Assembly (NCBI GenBank): GCA_973895155.1
Contig: OZ316897.1
Coordinates: 15,995,375-16,059,374, forward strand
Origin: Marsupella aquatica
Lineage: Eukaryota; Plantae; Marchantiophyta
DNA length: 64,000 nt
Direction of reading: 5' to 3'
Made by a program: the position numbers and the translations under genes. The notes below the pieces were generated by a model that did not search any database, had not been told where the DNA came from, and was given only the letters and a program-made list of their open reading frames with translations. Shown piece after piece: positions 10,887-23,710 of this stretch; the first letter of the stretch is position 1, and each line of letters opens with the position of its first letter.

Positions 10887-13185
10887 GACAAAACAACCCA
10901 TATGGTCCATCTGGCTTAATTTAAAATAAAAATAAGAGAGGAAAAACAGAATCTGAAGTTTCCAATTTGAAAAGGACTCCCATGGATCACATTTTCCAAA
11001 ATTTGAGTTTAGTTCTAATAACTTGATATTTATTCCTAAATTCAAATATTGTCTAGTTTTGGGGATATGCTAAAGTAGAAGAATAGGTAAGCTACACTTC
11101 CATCAAGTGACAGTGCATTTGCTACCATTTTGGTTGAGGTTTTCATCACACATTGAGGAGGACTAAATTCCATTACATTAATTTGGGTTTACGTTTTCTT
11201 ATGTCTCCTCCATCTCTAGTTGCCTTGTAGGTGCAAAACTAAAATCTGTTTTAGAACTTATAATCATCAAGTTATGGGCCTCAAACTCCCATGGTCCACC
11301 AGAATGTAATACACCGACGGGACAATGAACACGGAGGTCCATCCTGGACAGGATCCTGGATGTAGGAGTCACTGTGTTGCCTGTCAAAGGTCCTGAAGAA
11401 CCAGTCCTTGCCACTCCTACTGTCAATAAAAAGTGCATTGCAAATCTCCACAGAATCAGCTAGCAAAAGAAAACTTTCATTTGTTTTATTACAAATTTAA
11501 AGGTTGGGATGTGAAGGGTAGGAAAATTTATGGCCCTTGCCCTTGAGAGCCAACTTGCATGTCATGGGCCTTTCAATTTCTGGCCTTCATCACTCCCAAA
11601 GATGCTGGCTAAAAGCAGATTTTGCTTGTCCAGAAAATCCATGTATTTAAATGCTGTCTGTACTGCTCATAGTTTGCAAGTAAAGGTTATTCAAAGCACT
11701 ACAGCCTCGACTACAGGAAGTTGTCACATTTGTGCTTTTGTTTTATCCTGCAGTTTTAGGTTGGGACCTGCAAGAGTGAAAGTATCCAGCACTTGCCGTT
11801 GACAATGCCAAAAAAAACACCCTTAGTTAGGCCCGGCTTATTAGGGGTTCTCAGGCTGGTTTCTCTCCCTCAGTGACATGTTGGACCCAGTTGAGGGCCA
11901 CATTATGGAGGGCCACTCAGATGCGGGTTTATCAAAGTATCGAGTGGTGTCTCACTACACTCATATTGTGACAAGACACATTTTTTGAGTGAGCGGCCCC
12001 AGTTGCGAATAACCTATAAGAAACACATTTGGCGGTTCTGCGAGCTCTACGATTACGTCTGTTGCAATGATCCGATCGAAAAGATGGAAGGAAGCAAGCA
12101 ATCAATCCATCGAGTTCGACGAGACCCCACAAAACGTCGAGGAGGTCAGGACATCGGCGAGATCCCACGAGCGAGAGAGGGCCAGCGGAAAGCCGAGCAA
12201 CAACAGTCCAAGCTCTTCGATCCAGGACGAGAGAGGCGGCGCATGGCGAGCGCCACATGGGAGAAATTCCGAGAATTGCGGTGAGTATCTCGGCCGACGC
12301 GCTATAGCTCTTCGCAGCCTGACATGTGGAGGCTTGCAAGCTCTCCCCAGCGCCCGCCGTCTTCCGCGGAAACGAAATCGAGCCAGAAATGTGTGGGGGA
12401 TAAAACTCCTCCGTTGCTTCGATCCATCCTTGACAATTCTTCCGACAACTCTTCCAACAGTTCTTCCACAGTTCTCTGGAATTCGATTTGGCTCTCCCTC
12501 CTCCGCTACTCCTGTTTTTTTTCTGAGAGAAAGTCCGAACTTTATATGAAAGAAGGAGATCGAAGAAAATTCCTCGTCCGCCTTCTTTCCTCTTTCATCC
12601 TCGGGATCCAACGGAGACGAGCGAGTGAGGAAAGGGCCCGTCAACAGTGGGCCGACCGGACTGACCACGAGCGCCGGATGCTCTGGGAAGCACACAGGTG
12701 GTGGTGATCGGAGGGAAGCTGCTGCAACGGGGGTGCTGTGCGTTCATCACAGCAGGAGCTGGAAGAGGGAGGCGGAAGAGTTGAGCTACTCAGCTTGAGG
12801 ACGAATCCAACAAGCCGACCATAGATTCAGCTTAAACGGGGAGAGACTGCGAAGTAATACCTGGAATCAAGCTTACCACAGAAAGTCCAGAAGGGTAGCT
12901 TCGTTATCAAAGCGGCTCCGGGCGACCAGTTGCAGATTTTGTAGTTCACTCCTTATCGAGGAATCAGAATTCGTCAGAAGGGAATGGTTCGGTTAATGCA
13001 CGAGGACACAGCACAGAGGAGGACTCAGCTCTTCAGACGGCTAGACTGAAAATGGAGATGAAGTGTAGCCTAAGAGTCGGAAGTAGTCCTTGGATTGGAA
13101 CGACCGATTGATTCCTCGTTTAGGGGTTTGTTTGACTCATCATTTAGAGAAAACACAGGTCGATCAGGGCAAGCGTCCCCAGACG

Positions 13186-14034
13186 ATGGGTAACATTGCA
13201 TCGAGCAGTATGGGATGTCAGCCGCAACCGGGACAGGTGCGAGTCGTGCAAGCAGAGGGTAGGGTGTTGCATTTCGAGCATCCAGTTCTAGCCATCCAAG
13301 TTATGCAGGAGCACCCGGGACACCTCGTGGTCAAGTTCGGCCCCTCGTCTATGTCGAGTGAGATGATCCGAGAGGAGCGCTATGCCTCTCTGACTTACGA
13401 GACAATGAAGCGGGTCGCATTGAAGGATAAGGTCGTGATCCTGAGAGCAGACGAGGAGCTCGATCGAAGGAGCACTTACTACCTCCTCCCCATAAAGTCG
13501 AACAAGAAGCAGGCCGGGTTTGGCTGGAATTTCATACTCAAAGCTCTAAAGAACTCGGGTAAGGTCGCATCCAGCTTCGAGTTAGAGCATAAGTGTCATT
13601 CTTCGAGCGGGGAGCGCAAATTCTCCATGCTGAGCCGTAGCCGGAGCTTGCCACGCTGTACCAAGTCCGATCAGCAGGTGCAAGAGCAAGAGGAGAAGCA
13701 ACTGAAGCCGCTGCAAAGGCTTTCTCCATCAGTCTCCTTCCCGTGGAGCAGAACTGACGGTCAAAGCTTCTCAAATACGTTCATCGAGGGTATAGGGAGA
13801 TTTTGTGAGCTACCGCCGCTGCACCAGCCGCTCCACCACAAAAGACCTCGAAGGATACGGAGGCCCTCGCAGGGCGGGTGGAGGCCTATTCTCGAAAGCA
13901 TTTCAGAGGTGGTTGACGAATTCTCAGATGATGAGGACTACTCTGGAGACTTCTACAAGAGCCAGTCCAAGTGTCTCCGACGGATTCACTCTTTTCAATC
14001 ACCGATAGCTCATTTGAGACCGGTGACAGTGTGA
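13186..14034 (+). CDS. DUF4228 / PADRE-domain protein, 282 aa, intronless CDS
   Basis: MGNIASS N-terminus (myristoylation-type MGNxxS). Core VRVVQAEGRVLHFEHPVLAIQVMQEHPGH...LRADEELDRRSTYYLLP. Disordered middle. C-terminal WRPILESISE (WxPxLxxIxE) motif. First ATG of the ORF is at 13186. Confidence 0.88.
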   Translation: MGNIASSSMGCQPQPGQVRVVQAEGRVLHFEHPVLAIQVMQEHPGHLVVKFGPSSMSSEMIREERYASLTYETMKRVALKDKVVILRADEELDRRSTYYLLPIKSNKKQAGFGWNFILKALKNSGKVASSFELEHKCHSSSGERKFSMLSRSRSLPRCTKSDQQVQEQEEKQLKPLQRLSPSVSFPWSRTDGQSFSNTFIEGIGRFCELPPLHQPLHHKRPRRIRRPSQGGWRPILESISEVVDEFSDDEDYSGDFYKSQSKCLRRIHSFQSPIAHLRPVTV

Positions 14035-15398
14035 GTCAAAACTGTAAAATCATACAACTCTGAATTCGACCTCCTCGTCCGCCTGAGGGGCAAGAGAGCT
14101 ACTGGCGCAAACTGGATTGTGTGACGTACATCTCCAGACCGAAAAGAGGGCCAATTGTCAGGCATTGCACCAGGTTCAGACTCCTCAGGTGTTCCCAACG
14201 ATGAACCATGTTATTGTTCAGAGCCACCTTGCGCGGGTGGTCTTTGAGTGGTGGCAGTCCATGCATACGTGTACATTGTTTTTTGCAGCTTCGTCTCAGC
14301 AAATCCGCTGAGATCCATTTTTGCCCATGAATCAGTTTTCACTTTTGAGTGAGGATGAATCGGATTGATACCTACAGCAGCAGCGGCAACGTGAGCTCAG
14401 TTAATTCTGAGCAGCAGCACGGGTACATCTCCGAAAGAGCATCCTGTACAGACTTGTACAGTACTAAAGATCCTATCAACAGTAGTACTTTTCACTGAGA
14501 GTTGGAGCCTTTCACGTCAGCTACGTACAGAAGCAAGCCATCGAGCGAATTAAGGGATTAGTTAAACCCAACTGCATGTACATCAAACGGAGCAACATGC
14601 ACATATTGTAACCTTGATAGATTTTGATACCGATGTAGAAACATACCAAGTAACCTCTGAGATGTGGCAGATGAGATCATTTCAAAATCAAAGAAAATTC
14701 TAGCTGCTGTTATTAATTCGCATGAGTAGAGTTCTTACGGTCACTTTGAGTTCTTACTATGAGGACTCGGTACCCACCGCGATATAAGCTTACTTATCAA
14801 TGGGGTCAAATTCCATCCGGCGCCCAGTTTCTGATGAGTATTGGAGGTTGCGGATCCTCTACGTCGTTTCATGCTTAGTTTGTGATTGGTTCATGTGATA
14901 TGTGTTTTGCTACCCCCAAAATCCACGAGGACTTTCAGCAATAGGCATCCATGCAATCTTTTGCCATTGTAAATGGTGTCCGCATTCTTTAGTATTTCCT
15001 GACCATGTGAGTGACGTCACTTGAAGCAACAACCAAATTCCCTCTGTGAAGCCCTCGTCGCTGATTGACGGCACTTTTTAAGGCAACAACTACCTCTCTG
15101 TGAAGCTCTTGTCGCTTGGCTGAACGACGTTTCCTGCATGATTGGGACGAATACGCGAATTTCCATATCTGAAAGTTGCCAGACTCGGGCCTAAATATCT
15201 CCCGAAGGTGCATTTGTTCGAGCATTTGTTAGCCATCGGGACATAGAGCAATTCGTTGCTCCCACAACATGGGTACGATGTAACCCACCTTCCTCGATTA
15301 TTTCTCAGTATGCACGGTTGGCGTGGAATTCCGTATTGCTGCAGACCGCAACGATGTATGGACCGGTCACCACAGTGATCGTGCTGTACTCCACGTAA

Positions 15399-15905
15399 TT
15401 ATATCCAGACAATTTCCAATTTTGCACCACTTCCTGTATTAACGTAAGACAGAAATGTTCCTTTAATATATGTCCGTAGCTTGCACGTACCGCAAGCTGG
15501 GAGCTGTTTGCTGCTGCCACGCGATGACCGCCATCCGAGTAGGAGTCTCATCAAGTCATCATCGTCGAGACTAAGCTGAACAAATGAATACGGATCAGTC
15601 AATTTATAGCCTTCTGATGTTTTCTCTTGTGACAGTGGTAGACTTGATTTTGCGGTACGTGAGTAATTTCGTATGCACGATGAGATCAGAAAATAACTAT
15701 CATATTCGAGTCTATCACCCCTTAACGATTTTATACTCCAGCCAGAGTCAAAAGCTCTAGGTTGTGCTATGAGGTTTGTTGAAGAAGTCAGTCGGACTAG
15801 TGCCGGCCTGGTTCTAAAATTGAGTCGATGCACGTAATCTGAAATAGTTTTACAGTCCTCCACTGTAGTGTATTCCAGCGACTCGGTAAATATCGTCTTA
15901 CGCAT
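15399..15905 (-). pseudogene. Possible degenerate retrotransposon gag remnant
   Basis: EDCKTISDYVHRL resembles copia Gag. It is followed by a broken zinc knuckle (ACGTCK in one frame, GH....C in the neighbouring frame). No LTRs or pol found. Confidence 0.3.
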
Positions 15906-18900
15906 TTGACTGAGAGCTGCGTCTTATTGTAAGTGATTCAACAATGAGCTCAGCTAAGCCCGTTCATTCGGGCTTGGTCTCCCTCCTGCCACCAACCAAT
16001 AAAAGGGGGTGTAAAAAATGAAATAAAATAGGGGGTTTCACTAAAGTATTCAACTAGTGGAGTCGTGCCAATTTTCTCTCTTTTTGTGGAGGCAGGGACG
16101 AACGAATCCCAGTCATCTAAAGACAGCATTCAGTCCTCCCAAAAATACACACGATATATATCTTCATCAGAGGTTGCTGGGCTGCTACTAATTCTAGGTG
16201 CGGCCGGACGACGACGACAATACTCGATACTATGGTGATACTACTAATAGGCCTCCTCGAAATGCTGTACCGCTATTAATTACACTCGTTTCAAATGAAA
16301 GGTCGTGACGATCCTAAAACTGAAGTTTCGTTGCTTCCATCTCTGACTTGGTGTGTCTGTAAGGTAAGATGTCCAGTTCTGGCACATAATTAAAATGCCA
16401 AATGCTGCGACTTACCCCACTCTCGCTGCACTGAATGTCGGGTCTGTGTAGTGCTGCGCGAACCTACGATGTTAGGTTCAATTCTACTTGACTGCTTCTT
16501 TCGTGCTCAAAAAGATCCAACTAAAGCCGAGACTTTGTTGCATGGAAGACAGATTACACTACTAAAATCATTTCGTGCTCAGGGCATGCGGTCTTTATCC
16601 ATTCAGCTTCACAATATAAAATCGCTGTTAGAGAACGCCACATTGTAGATTCGTCCTGTAATTTCAGGGCAATGCCGGGCTGCTGCCTAGTCCTGGCCAG
16701 ACCGAGCTCAGAACGATCGATCGACCGCCATTTGATGGAGTCAAAATACCCTACACTCGGCTTCCCAACTTAATAGGCTGCAAGTTGGTAGCAAATTAGA
16801 CACCGTCAATAGTCGATAAGTACATAGTACATATTTCATTTACCCACTGAACTATATCCGCTCCCGATTATAAGTTCCAGACTTCTACTACAGAACTATT
16901 TCATTTCTAAGCTTGTTACGTATCGTCTTCCTTTTCGAGAATTTGATTTAAGTGCTTAGCGAGGTATTGCACGTTCAGGGACGGCTGGGATAGACAGTGT
17001 CTTCAAAGAATTTCAGTCCATTGTATATATGTTGCATTGAGGTCTGGTCCTTTTGTCCTAATGAGTTCCTACCATAAAAAAGTAGGCTCAAGTCAATTCG
17101 AGCATTTGGCTGTTGGTTCAAAAGTAATGATATGGCAAGTAATGATATGGCCTCTCATCGAACATTCATGATGGCTCGGCTGCGGAAAAATCAGCTGTCA
17201 TGGTATACGCAAGTTTCATTTTAAACTTCAATAATAAGCTTTTCTCGATCCAACTATTTGAATTCTTATTAGGGACAGAAAATGAGCGGCTAAGGGTTGT
17301 GCTGTCCAGAAGGAGGCCGCTCAATCGATCTCATGCTCAGGGAGATCTTGGCTTAGAGTTAATACATGGAGGAAGGCTTCTCACGCCTTCCCTTTCAAAA
17401 AAGAAGTCCGAGAAAAACTAATTTCTTGTGAACTCACATTCACTCCCCTTGCAGAACCCCCTTTCAAAAAAGAAGTATGAGAGAAACTAAATTCTTGTAA
17501 ACTTCCATGCATTGTCCTTGCAGAACTATGTGGCATCTTCGATTCCCGTTCATCTGAGGACGAGGTTGGAGGCCAAGTTTACAAAGTTAAGTACGGTAGG
17601 TACTAGTTACTGTAGGTACAGCAGGGGGATTGAGTGCAAAATGAACAAGCGTGGTCCTCGCACTCTACGCGAACGAATCATGTCTTGTAATTTTCCTATC
17701 GTCGTCAAGCGCTGCCCTGGCCAAGGTATCGTGGCAATTCGGCACGTACTTGGCAACGGACCCTGCCTTCAGCTGTCTTCGAGTCTTTTTCAATTTCAAA
17801 CGAAGGTCCATGGATTTCGGCACTTATCATATGGCTTTGAGTCATTGCAGTCCCTACTTTGCACGGGTTTTTGGCTGATCTTTCTGTCCAACAGCAGGAG
17901 TGCCATGGCGTGCAGTGAGACAGGCAAGTTGGGATTTGGCACCCTTCGTGCACCACGATGTCTAATTTCGTTTTCGACAGAGTTATTTTCTCTTCGAGTT
18001 TTTGTTATCGTCGTTTTGAGTGTATGTACCTGATTTCTGTTTCTCTGTTTCTCTGTTTCTCTGGTTATTTTCTTTTGAGATTTCGTTTTCTCCCCAGGCG
18101 ATCATTACATTTAGCTCGTCAAACATTCGATGTAGCAAATTTCTCATGTAGTCCTATCTGAACATTTGAAGTCAGTGTCTCTTCGATAGGTTTCTGAATA
18201 TAATCCACTTCGTTGAACTTAGTAAGAAAGTTTGTTTTGATATATCTTTGGCGATAGGGTCCCGAGCTAAATCCTCTTGGTTGGAGGACTCGATCTGGTG
18301 TGATCATTCAACAATGGGGAGAAAACGGTCTAAAATTGCCTGATAGTCTAATGTCGTTTTGAAACGTCTTACAAGATAATAATGTTGACTCTCTTCGTTA
18401 TCATCGTTCAAGAGAAAAAAATACCAAGTAAAAACGAACATCAAACATAATCAACAAAATCTAATTCTAAGGGAATTGAAAGCCAGCACTAAGGAGTCAA
18501 AGAAAGAGCTGTGAATGTCAACTCAACGTGATAGGTTACATGATGATGTATACTTCCTGGTCTTCTGGCTTGAATGGGTCGACCTTCGCTTTCTTCTGCC
18601 CTACACTTTTCTCGGGTTCATGGACTTTCGTCGCCCCGTATGCCTTTTTGGCTCCTCCTATTTGGTGTCGGTTAATATATTTGGTTAAAGGTAAAGAACT
18701 CATGAACCTAAGCCGGCTTCAGGAGTAAAAACCTGGCCAGACATACGACAGCATTGACAACGGACAGACTTAACACACCAAATCCACCCCCGGAAGTGTA
18801 GCTGAGAGCAACCATAATCAATTCCGTATAAAAATGGCGGCAAGATGGAAGAGCAAGATGGAAGATTCTCTCTCTTCACTTATTCTCAATGACAACCTTG

Positions 18901-20479
18901 GGGAGGGTTTAGGATCCTGAGGTTAAGCACAAAGGGCAATTATAGTTCACTCCAGCATAACCTATGCCTCATCGACACAGAACGGCATGGTGTCCCAAAT
19001 CAATGGAATACCTGTTTGCTCCTGGATCGGCAGCAACATGGAAAGGACCTGCACGCATCAGTGAGTAACTATCTCAGTATCGAACAGTTTGAACCAATAA
19101 CTCTTCAAATTTTATAGCATACAACGGATTCGCCTACTGCAGCTAATTTCTTACTGAAGACAGAAGGATATGTTCAGCGAACGTCCAAACCTCTCGATGA
19201 CTAATGGATTGGAAAAACACCAAACTGACAAGAATAGACAGATGATTCTACACCACATTCTGTTGACGAACTGTAAAATCTATACGAATCAACCACGGAT
19301 AGGATGGTAAATGCCAAGTTAGAGTGTCGGTGAGACCGAGCATCAAACAAAACTATTGAAACTACCCTCGAAACTACCCTTCCACTATAATATGGGAGCT
19401 CAAAGTCACTGTGACAGCACAGGCCAACTGATCGATTTGATATCACAGGTGACACAGACTAGCCTGGTACCAGATCGACTGTCTAAAGTCACAGATGGAG
19501 CGGTGATACGTAGATTCTGAAATCATCCAAGCAGACTAAGGTACTGAGTAAATTACCAGCTGCATTCTTTAGTCCCAAACTTAGCCTTAGAGAGACACAC
19601 TTGAAAGGTCAACGAGAAATGTGTAGGGTAGAGCAAAGGCTTCATTAAAGGAATGATTTATTAGTTTTCTTAACTTCAGACAGAATGTTTTTGAGAGGGA
19701 AAATTTTACAAGACAGAGTTACATTAATTACTCTTTTTGGGGGGATCCTCAACCTTTAGTTAGCTTATTAAAGAAAATTGTTTTGCTGATTTATCTAATT
19801 TATATATGTAAAATAGTCCTAAAAGTGTTTAATACCATTTGGGGAAGGTTGCTTAAAGTTGGAGAAACTTTATAATTAGTACTACTTGTTCACCTCGGGG
19901 TTCACCTGAATATTAAGTATTTGATATACTCAAATTTTGTCCCACAACAGACTAAAAATGTATCATTGCTTTGGAAGGGTCAATTGAACATTAAAGTGTG
20001 TGAATCAAGACAATTCCTTGAAATCTCAATTATTATAATTGTCTTTTGCAACAACCATATATGCCAGGATTTGCCATTTTTGTTTTTGTTTTTTTTGTTG
20101 GTTTTTTCATAAGGGTGACATTGCACCCAATGTTTTCTATTGTTTGATCCTGTGTTTGATGTGGCAACTACTCCCGCCTTCACTAAGTAATGAGATTGGG
20201 GCAAGCAAATGCAAGCTAGTAGCCTTGGATGTATTCACATTCTTGAATCCTTGCCATGGTGCTAATTAGCCTTCTTCTCACAAATTATTGTGCCAAGATA
20301 GTATTTGTTATTCTTAGGATTGTCTAGAGTTAGTATGTAATGTCAATAGATAGTTTAACCATAGTCAGGTGCTTGGTTAAGGTTTGATGTGCTACTAAGT
20401 ATGTATATGTTAGGCAGGACTTAGTTAGTGACTACAACTTTTAGCTTGTTACAGAGCTAGTTAGGAGATATGAAGAGCT

Positions 20480-21200
20480 TACTTTTTGCTCGGGGGTTTC
20501 ACTTACACAAAAATGACAAATCACAAGCGGCAAAAGATAGGTCATTTTATTGATTTATGGGAAGACTTAAGAATTTTCTCAGAAAAACAATAGGGTCTTT
20601 TAAATCCAAATTTGAGTCTTATAAGTCAGAACATTAGGGTCTATTTAATCCAATTTTTGAAATATTCCAAGAATATTCCAAATTTATAGGGGTTAAAAAA
20701 TAATCTGTTTTTCTTACATTTTTGGGGGGTTAGAGGCCTAAAAACGTCACAAGTGATGGAGAGGCCTACATAGTGAGTTTGGCATGGCCGATGGGCTTAG
20801 AGTTCAGTACGAAGCCCTTTTGTGTGTTTGTTCCCATGGACATACTTAGCCTCTACATAGACTTGGGTCAAGTACATGTGTGTTGGTTGGATGTTGCATA
20901 CATGCATGCTATCCTCTTGGGGGTTTCATTTTCACAAAAATGGCACATCACGTGCAACGAATGATAGGGTCATTTGATTGGTTTGAAGGGAAGAACAATT
21001 ATATGATATTTTAAATCCAATTTTGAGACTTATAATAACAAGAGTGTCCTTCTAACCAATTTTTTGAAATATTCCAAGAGTATTTGAATTTTATAGAGGT
21101 TGAAAAATAAACTTTTTTCTTACATTTTAGGGGGTTCAAGTCCTAAAACTGTTGCAGGTGATGGGGAGGTCTCCATAATTATAGTGAGGACCCTAGGCTA
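20480..21200 (-). repeat. Two diverged tandem copies of the dispersed ~300-bp repeat
   Basis: ~20480-20770 and ~20910-21200 align to each other and to 1780-1847 plus 3351-3600. Confidence 0.8.
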
Positions 21201-22944
21201 TCCCACATGTTGTAGAATTACAATTGTGTAAGGGAGTGTGTGCAACTGAGTATAAGAATTATGAGTGTAATTTTTACACAACATTTCCTTGTGCTGGATC
21301 TTATACACTTAATTATGATACAACAATTTCAGACATTAAGGGTTCACTTGGTAATAATTGGGGCTACCTGGCTGTTATCAATTTAATGATATTCAATAAA
21401 TGATGTAATGTATCTGAAACAAAGAGACAATCACTCTATCTCGCCAACAAACCAATCATGCCATTAGCATGTGATTGAGTGTGTTCTCATGTGCTGCAAT
21501 TGCTACTTAGTCTGAGCGGACAGTTACTTACAAAACCAACTAGAAACAAGAATAGTTTGCCTTCCTTATGCAACTTCAATTGTTCTAGGGTGAGGTTTCC
21601 CCTTCTTTTTCCAAACAAAACAAAACAAAAAGAAAGAATCATGTATGTGCATTGATATATTTCTCTCCCCCGTTCTCTCCTTCCTTCCTCAAAAAACAAT
21701 TCGTAGTGCACCAGAATGTACTAAACCAAGCAATGTAACACAATATGGTATGGTAAAGACATATTCTGTTGTGAAGTTCAGCTCCTGATCTTGCTTGGAA
21801 GGGTTTATAAGACTGTACTACATGTTATCCCTTTGTTTAATTAATTAGGATCCAGTAGACCCAGTGGAAGCCAAATCAAGACTTCAGGGCTGGCACAGGA
21901 GGGGTGACCGCACTGCTGTCTGGCTTAGTTAGATTCTCCCATCAGTCACTTTGAGGGCCCCATTGTCAAGGGCCGCTCACATGTGCTTGGCTCTAAATCA
22001 ATCCTATGAAAGGCCTAGCCTGGTCGAGTCCTAAATCAATGTACCACGTCCTGGATATGGATATGCAGGAGGGTCTCCAGTGTGCAGTATCTATACTTAT
22101 TTCAATAAACTGTAGCTTGGTCGGACTGATCTTGAGCAAATCTTTTTTGCCCTCAAAACAACCAAATGAATTCCATTCATAAAGCCAACATACAGAAAGG
22201 GGGGCCCAAAAAAGGGACACCAACCCATAGTACCAAAGGTCAATGTGCTAAGACCGCGGAGATGGGCACCAGGGAAGAGACTGACCCTCTAAAGAAGGCA
22301 ACTAAACAAGCAGTTTAAAAACTACAGTGGGAGCAGTACTCTCGTAAAGACCTGTCAGTGAACAGGTTTCAGGGAGGTTCCTTTGAGTGGATCCGTGATA
22401 GGTTTTTAAAATTATCGGTTTGTTTGCAGTGCAGCCTTTGCAGTGCAGCAGCAAAACCTGACAAAGCTGAAAAAGTCATGGGGAATGTGGGGGACCGGTG
22501 GGACTTGGAGTATGTTCTCATGTATCTCCCAAAGGCCCACCCAGGTACCGTAGTTTTGGGACATCTCTTGATGGGCTTTCCCAAAGGTGTGCTGGAATTT
22601 CCTGATGGGTGTTCCCTAAGATGTGCTTTGGAGCACAAATCCTGGTGTTGTGCCGGGCCCAATTGTGGCGTAGGTAAATTCCAAGCAGATGCCAGGATTT
22701 CCGGATAGGATTTCTGGATAACCCCCTCTGGATTTGGGCGAGTGAAGTCAAACAAATGTGTATTCTGATCTTTCCAGAGATTCTAACACACAATAGCCCT
22801 GAGATCTAGAGCAAATCTTACTCACCCCCAACTGGACTGTACCAAGTGAACTGTACTGAGTTGTCTTCTATAAATTTGTACATCGCACAACTGCGTGGCT
22901 CCAGAACATTTTGAAGCTTTCTATACATAAATTCATGACCGACC

Positions 22945-23146
22945 CTTTCTATGAATGGAAGACTCTGTTCTGATTTGTAGAGAATTTTACTTCTATTCAC
23001 ATAATTAATCTATACACATCAACGATTCCAGTAAAGGAAACTATCTCTATGAAAGGAATACTCTCTTCAGATTTGTAGAGAAAACTTCTTTGGTCATGTA
23101 ATTCATAGATTCTCGTAGTGGAAACTATCTCTATGAAATAAATACT
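22945..23146. repeat. Degenerate ~85-95-bp tandem repeat interrupted by the copia element; resumes at 31707-31765
   Basis: Units tctatgaa.gga..actct.ttc.gatttgtagaga. The third unit is split at ATACT and continues ctgttcctgtttgtagagaaaacttctt after the 3' LTR. Confidence 0.8.
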
Positions 23147-23561
23147 TCTCACTGTGAATGACTCATACTGATTCCCGACATTCAGACTAGTGACAGTAAG
23201 ATCTTAATATTAGGACTAGCTTTACATGTCAGATAGAATATTAGCCTCAGACTCAGACTAGTCAGATTTAAATTGAATCAGCATCAAACAACGATGATCT
23301 AGTTTAAGGATTTGAATTAAATCTACCTGCCAGCACCTAACGTCTTGACTGTGACAAGCGGGACGCGGCCAGCCCTTTGTGTACTGGCAGCCGCGCCACC
23401 TGTTTGTGCTAGCCACCTGTTTGTGCTGATCGCTTGGGCTGCTACTGCCTTTTTGTTTTTTCTCAGATGGAGCGCCTCTACTTGAGGGTCTCCTCTCATT
23501 CTATTCACTGCATTGTGCATTTGTATTTTTCCTATATTTGAGCGCGTATGCTTTAGTCACA
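23147..23561 (+). repeat. 5' LTR (415 bp)
   Basis: Differs from the 3' LTR by 5 substitutions (manual count) plus a 17-bp duplication (gccacctgtttgtgcta). Begins TCTCAC, ends GTCACA. Confidence 0.95.
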
Positions 23562-23572
23562 GGTTATTAGCC
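23562..23572 (+). promoter_or_regulatory. Primer-binding site, half-tRNA-iMet (anticodon-arm) type
   Basis: GGTTATTAGCC directly abuts the LTR terminal CA. It resembles the GGTTATGAGCCC / GGTTATGGGCCC PBS of Ty5 and Drosophila copia, not the TGGTATCAGAGC 3'-end PBS. Confidence 0.7.
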
Positions 23573-23710
23573 GAAAACGTTTTACTCATCACGCTCTACC
23601 ATAGTGTTCTCACGTACATTTGTTGTGTTCTCACGTACATTTGCTTTACTTGCATCAATACATTGACTCGTATTCTCGCTTCGTTGTTGACATATTTTTC
23701 CAACTTCTCG

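Noticed and set aside
12102-12695. 197-aa minus-strand ORF
   Set aside because: Non-ATG start, low complexity, overlaps several other ORFs in a GC-rich leader; no homology recognised.
18750-19600. Possible decayed copia remnant (DL.ITGD-like fragment near 19435)
   Set aside because: Too fragmentary; no LTR, PBS or continuous domain could be supported.
23323-23520. Duplicated small ORF MHNAVNRMRGDPQ... (also 31420-31665)
   Set aside because: It is simply the antisense of the two LTRs, and the frame differs between copies because of the 17-bp indel.
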